Of a stretch of 40,492 bases of DNA, positions 28,556 to 39,359 are shown piece after piece. The stretch is taken from the IMG/VR virus record IMGVR_UViG_2541047891_000004, positions 1 through 40,492 of that record. One strand, given 5' to 3'. Under the pieces are notes generated by a model, which searched no databases, was not told the DNA's origin, and saw nothing but the letters and a program-made list of their open reading frames with translations. The stretch comes from a virus. Lineage: Duplodnaviria > Heunggongvirae > Uroviricota > Caudoviricetes. Position numbers and translations under genes: made by a program. Position 1 is the stretch's first letter. The number at the start of each line of letters is the position of its first letter.

Positions 28556-29320
28556 ATGAAACTGAAAACGGTCGAGATTAACGGAAAACAATACGCAGAA
28601 ATTGATACTGCTGGCCTGCCAGTCTATGTGCACGACGATGGTAAAGAAATCGGCTTCGATGCACCGCTGGCGACAAAAAAAATTACAGAGCTTAATGGCG
28701 AGGCAAAAAATCATCGCCTGGCGAAAGAAGCTGCAGAGGAAAAACTGGCTAAGTTTGCCGCTATCGAAGACCCGAAGAAGGCGATTGAGGCACTGGAAAT
28801 GCTGTCAAAAATCGACCAGAAAAAGCTGATCGATGCGGGACAGGTTGACCAGGTTAAGGCAGAAATTACGAAAAATTTTCAGCAGCAATTAGATGAAGAA
28901 AAGCAACGCTCTCAGATGCTGGAGAAGCAGCTTTACGATTCTATGATTGGCGGTAGTTTTGCAGGTTCAAAATATATTGCCGATAAAATTGCGATCCCGG
29001 CAGATTTATTACAAGCCCGCTTCGGACAGGCGTTCAAAGTGGAAGAAGGGAAGATCGTTGCTTATGACGCTTCCGGCAACAAAATTTATTCCCGCGCGAA
29101 GCCAGGAGAACTGGCGCAGTTTGATGAGGCGCTGGAGTTCCTCGTCGAAAATTACCCTCAGAAAGACTACATCCTGAAAGCCAGTGGCAACAATGGCGGC
29201 GGTTCCCGTCCGACACAGCATGATATTGGTCAGAAAACGATGAAACGCTCTGCTTTTGATGCACTGGATGTTGCAGGTAAGCAAAACGCACTGAAAGACG
29301 GTATCACAATCGTTGATTAA
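28556..29320 (+). CDS. Putative scaffolding protein (254 aa)
   Basis: Charged, helix-rich (EAAEEKLAKFAAIEDPKKAIEALEML) protein immediately upstream of the coat gene; start chosen at MKLKTVEING. Confidence 0.55.
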   Translation: MKLKTVEINGKQYAEIDTAGLPVYVHDDGKEIGFDAPLATKKITELNGEAKNHRLAKEAAEEKLAKFAAIEDPKKAIEALEMLSKIDQKKLIDAGQVDQVKAEITKNFQQQLDEEKQRSQMLEKQLYDSMIGGSFAGSKYIADKIAIPADLLQARFGQAFKVEEGKIVAYDASGNKIYSRAKPGELAQFDEALEFLVENYPQKDYILKASGNNGGGSRPTQHDIGQKTMKRSAFDALDVAGKQNALKDGITIVD

Positions 29321-29418
29321 TACATTTGCCAGCTTCCGGATGGGAGTTGGTGTCAGGGCTGGATAGCTCACTACTCAATCCATTCACAATTACGCAAATT
29401 TTTAAGGAATATTTAATT

Positions 29419-30558
29419 ATGGCTGGAAATACCCTGACCGGGTTGATCCCGACTATTTACACCGCCCTGGATGTTGTATCCCGTGAGCAGGTAGGTTTTA
29501 TCCCTGCGGTAGCAAAAAACGCAAAAGCTGACGCCGCAGCAAAAGATCAGACGGTAACCGCGCCAGTTGCGCCTGAGGCGAAAACCGAAGATATCGTACC
29601 GGGGCCGTCAGCTCCGAATACCGGTGATCAAAATATTGGCACTGTTGATGTAAAAATTACTAAATCCAAAATGGCGCCGGTTAAATGGAATGGTGAAGAA
29701 CAACTGGCTCTTGGCCCTTCAGGGACTTACAACACCATTCTGGCTGATCAGTTCAAGCAGGCTTTTCGCGCCCTTGCAAACGAGGTTGAGGCTGATCTTG
29801 GTGCGTTGTATTTCGGTGCTTCCCGCGCCGTGGGAACCGCAGGGACAACGCCGTTTGGTGTTAAAGATGATCTTTCTGATGCTGCTCTGGCTCGTCAGGT
29901 TCTGGAGGATAACGGCGCACCGACAACAGATCTGCAGATGGTGCTTGGTTCCACTGCCATTGCTAATTTGCGCGGAAAACAGTCTGTATTGTTTAAAGTG
30001 AATGAATCCGGCACTGAACAGCTACTGCGTGAGGGCGTGTTGGGGCGTCTGGAGGGATTCAATATTCACAGTTCGGCAGGTGTAAAACGAGCGCCAAAGG
30101 TTGCAGCAACTGGTTATCTCGTGAATGGCGAGAAAAAAGAAGGCGATGTTCTTATTTCCATTGATACAGGTTCGGGGAGTATTTCTGCAGGTCAGATTGT
30201 TACGTTCGCTGGCGATCCGAATCAGTATGTTGTGGCAGCAGCGACCAGCAATCTGATTACTCTTGCAGCACCGGGACTGCGTCAGGATCTGGCCGATGAT
30301 ACTGCAATCACAGTTGTTGGCTCCTTTACTGCAAATATGGCGTTTGATCGCAACGCGTTTCTGCTGGCATCCCGTACTCCGGCAATGCCGGAAGGTGGCG
30401 ATAATGCTGATGATGTAATGAATGTTACGGACCCGATTTCAGGGATTACGTTCCAGATTGCACTGTATCGTCAGTATCGCCAGGTACGCTATGAAGTTGG
30501 ACTGGCATGGGGTGTTTCGTCAGTGAAACCGGCACATGGTTGTCTGATTCTTGGTTAA
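29419..30558 (+). CDS. Major capsid protein (379 aa)
   Basis: AAGGA RBS 10 nt before ATG 29419; follows scaffold; strong hairpin right after the stop. Confidence 0.75.
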   Translation: MAGNTLTGLIPTIYTALDVVSREQVGFIPAVAKNAKADAAAKDQTVTAPVAPEAKTEDIVPGPSAPNTGDQNIGTVDVKITKSKMAPVKWNGEEQLALGPSGTYNTILADQFKQAFRALANEVEADLGALYFGASRAVGTAGTTPFGVKDDLSDAALARQVLEDNGAPTTDLQMVLGSTAIANLRGKQSVLFKVNESGTEQLLREGVLGRLEGFNIHSSAGVKRAPKVAATGYLVNGEKKEGDVLISIDTGSGSISAGQIVTFAGDPNQYVVAAATSNLITLAAPGLRQDLADDTAITVVGSFTANMAFDRNAFLLASRTPAMPEGGDNADDVMNVTDPISGITFQIALYRQYRQVRYEVGLAWGVSSVKPAHGCLILG

Positions 30559-30568
30559 ACATCCAAAC

Positions 30569-30588
30569 GGGGCTTCGGCCCCATTTTT
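30569..30588 (+). terminator. Stable tetraloop hairpin/terminator after the capsid gene
   Basis: GGGGC-TTCG-GCCCC followed by ATTTTT. Confidence 0.6.
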
Positions 30589-30600
30589 AATGGAGGGTAT

Positions 30601-30825
30601 ATGGCCGGATTAACTAAAGAGCAAAGAGCACAGCGTGAAGCCACGCAAAAAAATGCAGTGGTGGAGCAAAATGTGGAGCAAATTCAGGAGCCACAAAAAA
30701 CGCAAATTGAGTTAGTGGTTATGGTGACCGATTATCAGATGTTTCCCGGCGCATCAACTATCGCTAATGTTCATCCTGATGAAGTTGACAACTGGAAGGC
30801 TCTGGGCTGGAAAACTCAGGAGTAA
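30601..30825 (+). CDS. Small head-associated protein (74 aa)
   Basis: GGAGGG RBS; position between capsid and connector genes. Confidence 0.45.
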   Translation: MAGLTKEQRAQREATQKNAVVEQNVEQIQEPQKTQIELVVMVTDYQMFPGASTIANVHPDEVDNWKALGWKTQE

Positions 30826-30828
30826 CAC

Positions 30829-31224
30829 ATGATCACTTACGTGACCTGTGATGACGTTGATAATGCGTTTGGGAACGCCTGGACGAGTGAGAACGCTAAA
30901 AATAAAGCTGTTTTAATGGCTAATGCCTGGCTTAATGGCTTCGGCCTGAAAATTAACCCATCCCGTATTCCGGAAGAGGTAAAACTTGCGGGAGCATATG
31001 CAGCCAGAATTGCCTCTGTCGGTAAGTTGTTTCAGCAGAAAAATGATTCTGGCGTTGTTATCAGTAAAGCCGTGTCGGCTGACGGGGTCAGTGTATCGAA
31101 ATCATTTGCTGAATTGCCAGCAAACAGCACTGCATTGCTTGAACCCGATTTACAGCTTGCGATAGCACTGCTGAAACCGTACGGACTTAGTCGCTCACAA
31201 GTCAGGGTTGTGAGGGGGGGATGA
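30829..31224 (+). CDS. Head-tail connector / DNA-packaging (gp6-like) protein (131 aa)
   Basis: MITYVTCDDVDNAFG N-terminus typical of gp6-like adaptors; position. Confidence 0.6.
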   Translation: MITYVTCDDVDNAFGNAWTSENAKNKAVLMANAWLNGFGLKINPSRIPEEVKLAGAYAARIASVGKLFQQKNDSGVVISKAVSADGVSVSKSFAELPANSTALLEPDLQLAIALLKPYGLSRSQVRVVRGG

Positions 31225-31607
31225 TGGGGCTTCGTGAAGAGATTCAGTCAGAGGTTGCCGCTGCTTTTGATGAGGATTTAGCAGACGCCGTGAGTGATTT
31301 TTCTGGTTCTTACGTTACGCACCGGAACTGGGATCCTGTGACGGAAACTGGCGGCGAATCCACAGCAACCTATACCGGGCGAGGCGTGTTGACGCGTTAT
31401 AAGCTGGGCAGAATTGATGGGATTAATATTTTGCATGGTGACCTTAAATTAACAGCTCTGGTATGCGAGGTTACGGATAAACCCGCTGTCGGCCATATTA
31501 TTGAGATTTATGATCCTGTATCAAGGCAGTTGCAACGATACGAGGTAATTACAGCGAGTGTAGATCCTTCCGCATCAGTTTACTCAATCCAGTTAAGGAG
31601 AGCGTAA
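31221..31607 (+). CDS. Head-tail joining protein (128 aa)
   Basis: ATGA-coupled small gene in the head-tail joining block. Confidence 0.5.
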   Translation: MMGLREEIQSEVAAAFDEDLADAVSDFSGSYVTHRNWDPVTETGGESTATYTGRGVLTRYKLGRIDGINILHGDLKLTALVCEVTDKPAVGHIIEIYDPVSRQLQRYEVITASVDPSASVYSIQLRRA

Positions 31608-31988
31608 ATGGCAAAGGCATGGGATATCGAACCGTCAATATTTGCCGGGATGATTGAGGAAGATGTGGGGCTGAAAATTCGCTACATCGCTATTCAGATT
31701 CTTACTGCTATCGATATTGCTGCTCCGGTTGATACCGGGCGTTTCAGAAATAACAACATGGTGTCGTTACAGCATCCCGATTTTGGTATATCTGATAACG
31801 TGGATCCGAACGGTACGATTGCGGTTCAGCGTGGGATCGGGGTTATTTCGAAAGCTGCAAATTACGGAATTATTTATATCCAGAATAACCTTCCTTATGC
31901 AGAGGCTCTTGAAAACGGTCATTCACAACAAGCGCCAACTGGCGTGTATGCCAACGCTTTTCATGGTGTTTTACAGGCTTACAAATGA
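31608..31988 (+). CDS. Tail component, HK97 gp10-like (126 aa)
   Basis: VDTGRFRNN motif typical of HK97 gp10-like proteins. Confidence 0.55.
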   Translation: MAKAWDIEPSIFAGMIEEDVGLKIRYIAIQILTAIDIAAPVDTGRFRNNNMVSLQHPDFGISDNVDPNGTIAVQRGIGVISKAANYGIIYIQNNLPYAEALENGHSQQAPTGVYANAFHGVLQAYK

Positions 31989-32377
31989 CGTTTACTGAAA
32001 TCAGAAATACGGTCATTTCCAGAATGACGGCACAGACGGTTATTAATGGAAAAGACGTATTGTATCCGAACGGGCCAACGTTCGATCCTTCCGGTAAGTT
32101 AATCTGGGCGCGGTTAAGTAATATTCCCGGGCAGGCTGGAGTTAATGAAATTGGCGCGGGGCCGGTTGTTTATCGCACGGGGATAATCATTATTCAGTTA
32201 TTTGTCCCCGCAGGTTCTGGTTCAAAACTCATTACTGAGACAGCCGATAAATTGCGGGAACTGTTTGAGTTTCAGGATGACGACCGTCTCAGTTACCAGG
32301 CTGTTTCCTCAATAACCGTTGGCGAAAAGAATGGCTGGTTCCAGCTTAATCTTCAAATTCCATATCGCGCGCTCTAG
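31985..32377 (+). CDS. Tail terminator-like protein (130 aa)
   Basis: Position immediately upstream of the major tail gene. Confidence 0.45.
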   Translation: MTFTEIRNTVISRMTAQTVINGKDVLYPNGPTFDPSGKLIWARLSNIPGQAGVNEIGAGPVVYRTGIIIIQLFVPAGSGSKLITETADKLRELFEFQDDDRLSYQAVSSITVGEKNGWFQLNLQIPYRAL

Positions 32378-32403
32378 CGCAATTAATGACATAGGAGGCT
32401 CCT

Positions 32404-33366
32404 GTGAGTTCAGGTGCAAAGGTTATCTCGGCATTTATCCGGGAGACAGTTGCAGGCGCCACACCAGCAAGTGGTGACTGGAGTTTATTAAAACGCACAA
32501 GCTGGGGAGTAAAACCCACCCAGAATAAAGGCGAAAATAATGAGATTGGTGGCTCCCGGATGGCTCAGGGGGCGACGCCTGGCACTGTGGATGTTGGCGG
32601 TGATGTTGGTACCAAATTTCGCTGGGGTCAACATGATGATTTTCTTGCATCCTGTTTCGGCGCGGAATGGTCAGGTGATTCTCTGACAATGGGGAATGAG
32701 CGAATAACATTTTCTCTGGCGACCTATGCGTCCGATGTCGGAATTGCCTCTGTTGTCAGAGGAGCGCAGGTTGGCTCATGGAAAATGCAGATCCCTAACG
32801 ACGGCGATATTACGGCGACCGTAACCTTTGCCGGGCTGGACTGGGAATCAAAGGCCGATGATACGAATTTTATCAAAGGCGAACCTGTGGATAGTGCAGG
32901 AAAGCTACGTTATTCGTTTAAGGAGGTTTCAGCAGTAAGCCTGAATGGTGTTGCCGGAGGTAACGGTTTTTGTATCGACAGTTTTGATATTCAGTTCGAT
33001 AACAAACTCCAGACACAGCGTTGTATCGGGACTGGCTCGCCTTATGCAGGAGCAAATATTCCGACTACTTTTACACCGTCCGGTACGGTGACGCTTTCAT
33101 GGTCTAAAGCCGCGTGGGAAATCTGGAGTAAAACACTGACTGGAGAAACAGTTCCGTTCAGCTTCACGCTTTCGAATGGAGAGGGGGCATACACTTTCAG
33201 TTTCCCGAAGGTTCAGGTGTCAGGTGAATGGCCTGATGGGGGTAATACCGACATTATCCAGGTTCAATTGAGCATTACCGCAGCAGATGAAGCACCTACG
33301 ATAACCAGAAAAAAAGCCTCCCCGGCTGCCGTGATCGCAAAAGCCAGTGCTGAGGCGATTAGTTGA
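32404..33366 (+). CDS. Major tail protein (320 aa)
   Basis: GGAGG RBS; Gly/Thr/Ser-rich beta-type protein directly upstream of the G/GT chaperone pair. Confidence 0.6.
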   Translation: MSSGAKVISAFIRETVAGATPASGDWSLLKRTSWGVKPTQNKGENNEIGGSRMAQGATPGTVDVGGDVGTKFRWGQHDDFLASCFGAEWSGDSLTMGNERITFSLATYASDVGIASVVRGAQVGSWKMQIPNDGDITATVTFAGLDWESKADDTNFIKGEPVDSAGKLRYSFKEVSAVSLNGVAGGNGFCIDSFDIQFDNKLQTQRCIGTGSPYAGANIPTTFTPSGTVTLSWSKAAWEIWSKTLTGETVPFSFTLSNGEGAYTFSFPKVQVSGEWPDGGNTDIIQVQLSITAADEAPTITRKKASPAAVIAKASAEAIS

Positions 33367-33414
33367 TTTTCCGTTATTCCCCCTGTGGTACTGCACTACA
33401 GGGGGGCGCATTGA

Positions 33415-33876
33415 ATGAGGTTATGGATGTTTATTCTTAATCAGAAAATTATCATCGGTGGTGAACGCTGGTTTACCCCAATGAAGGACTTAAAACCTGT
33501 AGACGGGTTAAAACTGTTGGTGGCAAGCAGCGATAACGATCAGTATCGCTCCCGTAATGCATTAATCCGTCGCCACATTGAGAAAATGGATGCCAGTTTG
33601 CACGTCGGAACGAAGGAGTTTGATATTGCAAAGGTTTCCGAGGTGGATTCTGTTGATGATTTACTCATTGATAATGCTGCTCGTTATCTGCTGAAAGACT
33701 GGAAAGGGGTTGGTGAACTGGTTGATGGTGTTGAGGTTGCACTGGAATATACGCCAGAACGAGGGATCGCGCTGCTTAAGCAGAATCCGGAGTTGTACTG
33801 GCAGATCCTTGCAGAAGCAGTCAGCATCGCCCAGGGTAAAGAGCAGCAGAAGCAGGATACGATAAAAAAGCCATAG
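33415..33876 (+). CDS. Tail assembly chaperone (lambda G analog, 153 aa)
   Basis: Ends 6 nt after slippery heptamer A AAA AAG; between major tail and tape measure. Confidence 0.65.
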   Translation: MRLWMFILNQKIIIGGERWFTPMKDLKPVDGLKLLVASSDNDQYRSRNALIRRHIEKMDASLHVGTKEFDIAKVSEVDSVDDLLIDNAARYLLKDWKGVGELVDGVEVALEYTPERGIALLKQNPELYWQILAEAVSIAQGKEQQKQDTIKKP

Positions 33877-34184
33877 CCGCCCAGCGGTGGTTATCGGAGT
33901 TCGGGGGAGAAAAGGGTGAAAAGGCAAGATGGAAGCGAGAAAAACTCAGGTTGCCACCGATACCGGAACCAGAAATAGACCCGGTGCTTAAGGAATTGTT
34001 GTACGCCTATTCGGTAATATCCCGTGCCCGACGTTATGCTGGAATGACTGGGGTGCCTTTGCCTTTATCTCTGACAGAGATAAATGAATATTTAGCCACT
34101 CATCCGGTATTGATTGAGCGCGATGAATTTGAAGCAGTGATCTTTGCACTGGATGACCAGTATTTTCAGGAGCAGTGTGTGTAG
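33415..34184 (+). CDS. Tail assembly chaperone frameshift fusion (lambda GT analog) via programmed -1 frameshift
   Basis: -1 slip at 33864..33870 joins the G frame to the open frame through 34184 with no intervening stop (checked codon by codon). Confidence 0.6.
33864..33870 (+). other. Programmed -1 ribosomal frameshift slippery site A_AAA_AAG
   Basis: Heptamer in the G zero frame, 2 codons before its stop. Confidence 0.6.
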
Positions 34185-34307
34185 TTGTTAATTACGTACA
34201 CTCTGTTACAGAGATGTGATGGTGTCTTTAATTAAATCGATGATGCTCCTGGAGAAAAGCATTGCGTGGCCTCGTAATCGCTATATCTACTATTATGTCG
34301 CCTGAAA

Positions 34308-34327
34308 CCCACTTCGGTGGGTTTTTT
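34308..34327 (+). terminator. Intrinsic terminator-like hairpin between GT and tape measure genes
   Basis: CCCAC-TTCG-GTGGG followed by TTTTTTGTTG; tape measure RBS follows. Confidence 0.5.
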
Positions 34328-34347
34328 GTTGTCAGGAGTTTTAATGA

Positions 34348-37300
34348 ATGGCAGAGCAAACCTCGCGTCTCGCAATAATTATTGATAGCACTGGAGCGAA
34401 AAATAATGCTGACAATCTGGCCTCCTCATTAGTCAAAATGACGCAGGCTGGGGAAACTGCTGCAAATAGCGCAGGGAAAGTGACTAAGGCAACAGAAGAT
34501 GAGAAGAACGCGCTCGCAAAATTAAAAGCAGCTATTGATCCAGTTGGTGCCGCAATTGATACTGTCGGTCGACGCTATTCTGAATTAAAGAAATTTTTCG
34601 ATAAAGGGCTTATTGATAAAGAAGAATATGAATTTCTTGTCCGTAAACTTAATGAAACCACAGAGGAATTGAGCGGGGTTGCGCAAGCGCAGAGAGAAGC
34701 CGAGAAGGCCGGAAAACTTGCTGCCGCCCAGCAGGAAGCGCAGGCTCAGGCCTTTCAAAGAATGCTGGACAAGATCGACCCTCTGGCTGCGGCGCTAAGA
34801 AATCTTGAACAACAGCAGGATGAACTTAATGCTGCGTTTGCATCCGGGAAAATAAATGGTTCTCAGTTTGAGAATTATAGCCGAAAAATACAGGAAACAC
34901 GGCGAGAGCTTACCGGAGAGGCTCAGGCAGAGCGAGAAGCAGCAAAAGCACATGATGAACAGGTTGCTGCTTTGCAACGTCTGATTGCTCAACTTGATCC
35001 TGTCGGAACTGCTTTTAATCGTCTGGTAGAACAACAGAAACAGCTCAATGAAGCAAAAGCTAAGGGGATGCTTTCTCCTGAAATGTATGAGGAGCTTTCT
35101 GGAAAACTTCGTGCTATGCGGAGTGAGCTTGAGGTTACTCAATCGCAATTAAGCAAAACCGGAATGTCGGCAAAACAAACGGCTTTTGCTATGCGCATGT
35201 TGCCTGCACAAATGACGGATATTGTTGTTGGGTTGTCCACTGGTCAGTCGCCATTTATGGTGTTAATGCAGCAGGGCGGCCAGCTAAAAGATATGTTCGG
35301 TGGGATTGGCCCGGCGATCAAAGGTGTAGGTTCTTATGTGCTGGGATTAATTAATCCTTTTACCCTGGCCGCAGCAGCCGTTGGCGTCTTAGGGCTGGCT
35401 TACTATAAAGGCTCTCAGGAGCAGGACGAATTTAATAAATCTCTTATTCTTACCGGAAATCAGTTGGGGACAACCAGCGGGCAATTGGCCGATATAGCTC
35501 AACGTGCCGGGAATGCGGCTGATTCGACAACTGGCGCTGCGGCGGCAGTATTAAACCAGCTTGTGCGTTCGGGAAAGGTAGCGAGCAGTTCGCTGGAGCA
35601 AGTGACGACAGCGATAGTAAAAACGAGCGAAGTAACAGGAATATCAACCGAACAACTGGTTAATGACTTCAATGAAATTGCAAAGGATCCTGTCAGTGCT
35701 ATATCAAAACTTAATGATCAGTACCATTTTCTGACACTTGCGACTTATAACCAGATTAAGGCGCTACAGGATGAAGGGAACCAGCAGGAGGCCGCCCGCA
35801 TTGCGACAGAAGCATACTCATCCTCAATGATCCAGCGCACCAACCAGATTAAAGAAAATCTTGGTTATCTTGAGACTGCATGGAAAGCTGTCGCAGACTC
35901 CGCAAAATGGGCATGGGATTCCATGCTGGATATTGGCCGTGAGGCCTCCCTTGATCAAAAAATCTCAGATGTTCTCCGTCAAATTGATGAAATAGAAAAA
36001 AATACCCGACCCGGAGTTTTCGGGTTAGGTGGCATTGGAGATGGCGGAGCTCAAAATAAAAAGCTGGCACGATTAAAGCAGCAATTGGGCATACTTCAAG
36101 CAGAAAAAATTGCTCAGGACGTACTAAATTCATCAATAAACGATTACAACAAGCGACAACAGGAAGGAATTGAACTCAGACAGAGAGCAGATGCTTTTTC
36201 AAAACAATATCAGACCCGGGAGCAGCAGAGAGCTAGTGAACTTGCAAAACTGGAAAAGCTAAAGAATCAGTATTCAAAGGAAGAATATAATAATCTTATC
36301 GCTCAAATAAATGAGCGTTATAAAGATCCAAAGCAACCAAAGGCGAAAGGTTATTCGGATGATGCTGCCCAACGAATGATTGATCATCTGAATCAACAGA
36401 ATGCGTTACTAAGTTCACAAGCTGAATTGACCGTTAAATTAAGTTCCTCTGAACAGGAACTGGTTAAGTGGCGTCAGCAGATTGCCGACCTGGAGTCACG
36501 ACCGTCATCGAAATTAACCCAGGATCAGAAATCGCTTCTCTTACACCGGGAAGAAATAACCGCGTTGATGGAGAAAAATGTTGCGATTGAAAAAAATAAC
36601 AGGCTAATCAAGGAATCCGCCGAAATAGCTGCATGGCGTGATTCATTGCAGGCTTCGATTGATAATCGTCAACAGGGGTATGACATTCAGATTGCTGGTT
36701 ATGGGGTTGGCGATAAAAATCAGCAACGCCAGCAGGAATTACTGCGGATTGAACGTGAATATAACAATCAGCGTCTGCAACTTGAACGTGACTATGCAGA
36801 TAAATCCCGTGGAATGTCAAATCATGTTTTTCAGGAGAAAATGCAGGCTCTGAATGATGCTCTGGAACGAGAAAAAGAAATTGTCAGCCAGATAAACGAG
36901 CAGCTCGATATTCAGGCAGGAGACTGGATTAGTGGTGCCTCCCAGGGATTCAATAACTGGCTGGATGACACTAAGGATATCGGTGCGCAGATAAAATCAA
37001 CCACGACTCAGATGTTTGATGGGATGACCGATGCGCTAGGTGATTTTGTCACGACAGGCAAGGCAAATTTTCGTTCTTTCGCTACTTCCGTGATTTCGGA
37101 TCTTAGTCGAATTGCATTAAAGGCTTCAATTACTGGGATTTTCGACAGCATTAGTAACAGTTCTTCTGGGGGTATTTTAGGAACTATCGGGAGTGCTATT
37201 AGTAAATTTATTCCGAATGCAAAGGGCGGTGTTTATGAGTCTCCGTCATTGAGTACATATTCGAACGGTATTTATGACTCCCCGCAATTTTTTGCTTTTG

Positions 37301-37581
37301 CAAAAGGAGCTGGTGTTTTTGGTGAGGCTGGACCGGAAGCTATTATGCCATTAACGCGAACTTCCGATGGTTCTCTTGGTGTCAGAGCTATTAATAGTAA
37401 AAGTGGTAATGGAGGCAGAGATATTACTTATGCCCCTGTATACCAAATCACTATTCAAAATGACGGCCAGAATGGAGAGATTGGTCCTCAGGCAATAAAA
37501 GCACTTATGGGGATGGTTGATCAGCGGGTGCAGGGCGCTCTGTTAAATATGCGACGTGATGGAGGAATGTTAAGTGGCTAA
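34348..37581 (+). CDS. Tail tape measure protein (lambda H analog, 1077 aa)
   Basis: Very long coiled-coil-rich ORF after G/GT. Confidence 0.85.
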   Translation: MAEQTSRLAIIIDSTGAKNNADNLASSLVKMTQAGETAANSAGKVTKATEDEKNALAKLKAAIDPVGAAIDTVGRRYSELKKFFDKGLIDKEEYEFLVRKLNETTEELSGVAQAQREAEKAGKLAAAQQEAQAQAFQRMLDKIDPLAAALRNLEQQQDELNAAFASGKINGSQFENYSRKIQETRRELTGEAQAEREAAKAHDEQVAALQRLIAQLDPVGTAFNRLVEQQKQLNEAKAKGMLSPEMYEELSGKLRAMRSELEVTQSQLSKTGMSAKQTAFAMRMLPAQMTDIVVGLSTGQSPFMVLMQQGGQLKDMFGGIGPAIKGVGSYVLGLINPFTLAAAAVGVLGLAYYKGSQEQDEFNKSLILTGNQLGTTSGQLADIAQRAGNAADSTTGAAAAVLNQLVRSGKVASSSLEQVTTAIVKTSEVTGISTEQLVNDFNEIAKDPVSAISKLNDQYHFLTLATYNQIKALQDEGNQQEAARIATEAYSSSMIQRTNQIKENLGYLETAWKAVADSAKWAWDSMLDIGREASLDQKISDVLRQIDEIEKNTRPGVFGLGGIGDGGAQNKKLARLKQQLGILQAEKIAQDVLNSSINDYNKRQQEGIELRQRADAFSKQYQTREQQRASELAKLEKLKNQYSKEEYNNLIAQINERYKDPKQPKAKGYSDDAAQRMIDHLNQQNALLSSQAELTVKLSSSEQELVKWRQQIADLESRPSSKLTQDQKSLLLHREEITALMEKNVAIEKNNRLIKESAEIAAWRDSLQASIDNRQQGYDIQIAGYGVGDKNQQRQQELLRIEREYNNQRLQLERDYADKSRGMSNHVFQEKMQALNDALEREKEIVSQINEQLDIQAGDWISGASQGFNNWLDDTKDIGAQIKSTTTQMFDGMTDALGDFVTTGKANFRSFATSVISDLSRIALKASITGIFDSISNSSSGGILGTIGSAISKFIPNAKGGVYESPSLSTYSNGIYDSPQFFAFAKGAGVFGEAGPEAIMPLTRTSDGSLGVRAINSKSGNGGRDITYAPVYQITIQNDGQNGEIGPQAIKALMGMVDQRVQGALLNMRRDGGMLSG

Positions 37582-37912
37582 TACGGAAGAATTTTACTGG
37601 TTACCAGAGGATGGAATGAAAACAGAAAATAAGCCATCGATAAAAACTGTAAGATTTGGCGATGGTTATGAACAACGAAGCCCAAACGGACTTAATCATT
37701 CTCTGCGTGTTTTTACCTGTGATTTCAGGGTTGAGGCGAATGAACGTAATTCATTTGAACTGTTTCTGGCTCGGCATGGAGGCTATAAATCTTTTTTTTG
37801 GCGCCCGCCGGGTATTAACAGAAAAATCAGAGTGGTGTGTCGAACGTGGTCAGCGACAGAACATATCACCTATACCGATTTTTCGTGTCAGTTTGACGAA
37901 GTGGTGATCTGA
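37574..37912 (+). CDS. M: Minor tail protein M (112 aa)
   Basis: [10 protein letters not shown]...[11 protein letters not shown] aligns with lambda M; GTG start overlapping the tape measure stop. Confidence 0.7.
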   Translation: MANTEEFYWLPEDGMKTENKPSIKTVRFGDGYEQRSPNGLNHSLRVFTCDFRVEANERNSFELFLARHGGYKSFFWRPPGINRKIRVVCRTWSATEHITYTDFSCQFDEVVI

Positions 37913-38610
37913 TGCAGGACATACGACAGGAAACACTGAATGAATGTATCCGTGCGGAGCAGTCGGCCAGCGTGGTGCTCTGGGAAATTGATCTGACAGA
38001 GGTCGGTGGGGAGCGTTACTTTTTCTGCAATGAGCAGAACGAAAAAGGTGAACCGGTTACCTGGCAGGGGCGAAAGTATCAGGCGTACCCCATTCAGGGA
38101 AGCGGCTTTGAGATGAACGGTAAGGGCAGCAGCGCACGTCCCACGCTTAAGGTATCAAACCTGCACGGCATGGTCACCGGGATGGCGGAAGATCTGCAGA
38201 GTCTGGTCGGCGGAACGGTGGTCCGGCGTAAGGTGTACGCCCGTTTTCTGGATGCGGTGAACTTCGTCAACGGAAACAGCGAAGCCGATCCGGAGCAGGA
38301 GGTGATCAGCCGCTGGCGCATCGAGCAGTGCAGCGAACTGAACGCGGCTAGCGCGGCCTTTGTGCTGTCTACTCCGACGGAAACGGATGGTGCTGTTTTT
38401 CCGGGGCGCATCATGCTGGCTAACACCTGCACCTGGATCTATCGCGGTGATGAGTGCGGTTATAATGGCCCAGCTGTCGCTGATGAATATGACCAGCCGA
38501 CATCTGATATCTCGAAGGATAAATGCAGTAAATGCCTGAGCGGCTGTAAGTTCCGCAATAACGTCGGCAACTTTGGCGGCTTCCTTTCCATTAACAAACT
38601 TTCGCAGTAA
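37912..38610 (+). CDS. L: Minor tail protein L (232 aa)
   Basis: Same length as lambda L; Cys-rich C-terminus; position M-L-K. Confidence 0.8.
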   Translation: MQDIRQETLNECIRAEQSASVVLWEIDLTEVGGERYFFCNEQNEKGEPVTWQGRKYQAYPIQGSGFEMNGKGSSARPTLKVSNLHGMVTGMAEDLQSLVGGTVVRRKVYARFLDAVNFVNGNSEADPEQEVISRWRIEQCSELNAASAAFVLSTPTETDGAVFPGRIMLANTCTWIYRGDECGYNGPAVADEYDQPTSDISKDKCSKCLSGCKFRNNVGNFGGFLSINKLSQ

Positions 38611-38615
38611 ATCCC

Positions 38616-39359
38616 ATGACAGAGACAGAATCAGCGATTCTGGCGCACGCCCGGCGATGTGCGCCAGCGGAGTCGTGCGGCTTCGTGGTGAGAACGCCGG
38701 AGGGGGAAAGATATTTTCCCTGCGTGAATATTTCCGGTGAGCCGGAGGAGTATTTCCGGATGGCTCCGGAGGACTGGCTGCAGGCAGAGATGCAGGGTGA
38801 GATTGTGGCGCTGGTTCACAGCCACCCCGGTGGTCTGCCCTGGCTGAGTGAGGCCGACCGGCGGTTGCAGGTGCAGAGTGATTTGCCGTGGTGGCTGGTC
38901 TGCCGCGGGGCGATTCATAAGTTCCGCTGTGTGCCGCATCTCACCGGGCGGCGCTTTGAGCACGGGGTGACGGACTGTTACACGCTGTTCCGGGACGCTT
39001 ACCATCTGGCGGGGATTGAGATGCCGGATTTTCATCGCGAGGATGACTGGTGGCGTAACGGTCAGAATCTCTATCTGGATAATCTGGAGGCCACAGGGCT
39101 GTATCAGGTGCCGTTGTCAGCGGCGCAGCCGGGCGATGTGCTGCTGTGCTGTTTTGGTTCATCGGTGCCGAATCATGCCGCCATTTACTGCGGCGACGGT
39201 GAGCTGTTGCACCATATTCCTGAACAACTGAGCAAACGAGAGAGGTATACCGACAAATGGCAGCGACGCACACACTCCCTCTGGCGTCACCGGGCATGGC
39301 TCGCATCTGCCTTTACGGGGATTTACAACGATTTGGCCGCCGTATCGACCTTCGTGTGA
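38616..39359 (+). CDS. K: Tail assembly protein K (MPN/JAMM plus NlpC/P60-like)
   Basis: JAMM motif ALVHSHPGGLPWLSEAD and NlpC/P60-like Cys (VTDCYTLF); the ORF is longer than the lambda K length as I recall it, so the 3' end may be over-extended. Confidence 0.7.
   Translation: MTETESAILAHARRCAPAESCGFVVRTPEGERYFPCVNISGEPEEYFRMAPEDWLQAEMQGEIVALVHSHPGGLPWLSEADRRLQVQSDLPWWLVCRGAIHKFRCVPHLTGRRFEHGVTDCYTLFRDAYHLAGIEMPDFHREDDWWRNGQNLYLDNLEATGLYQVPLSAAQPGDVLLCCFGSSVPNHAAIYCGDGELLHHIPEQLSKRERYTDKWQRRTHSLWRHRAWLASAFTGIYNDLAAVSTFV

Noticed and set aside
34795-36853. Several ORFs and apparent periodic repeats inside the tape measure gene
   Set aside because: The repeats are coiled-coil heptad/charged periodicity of the tape measure protein and the ORFs are antisense or out of frame; not a CRISPR array or independent genes
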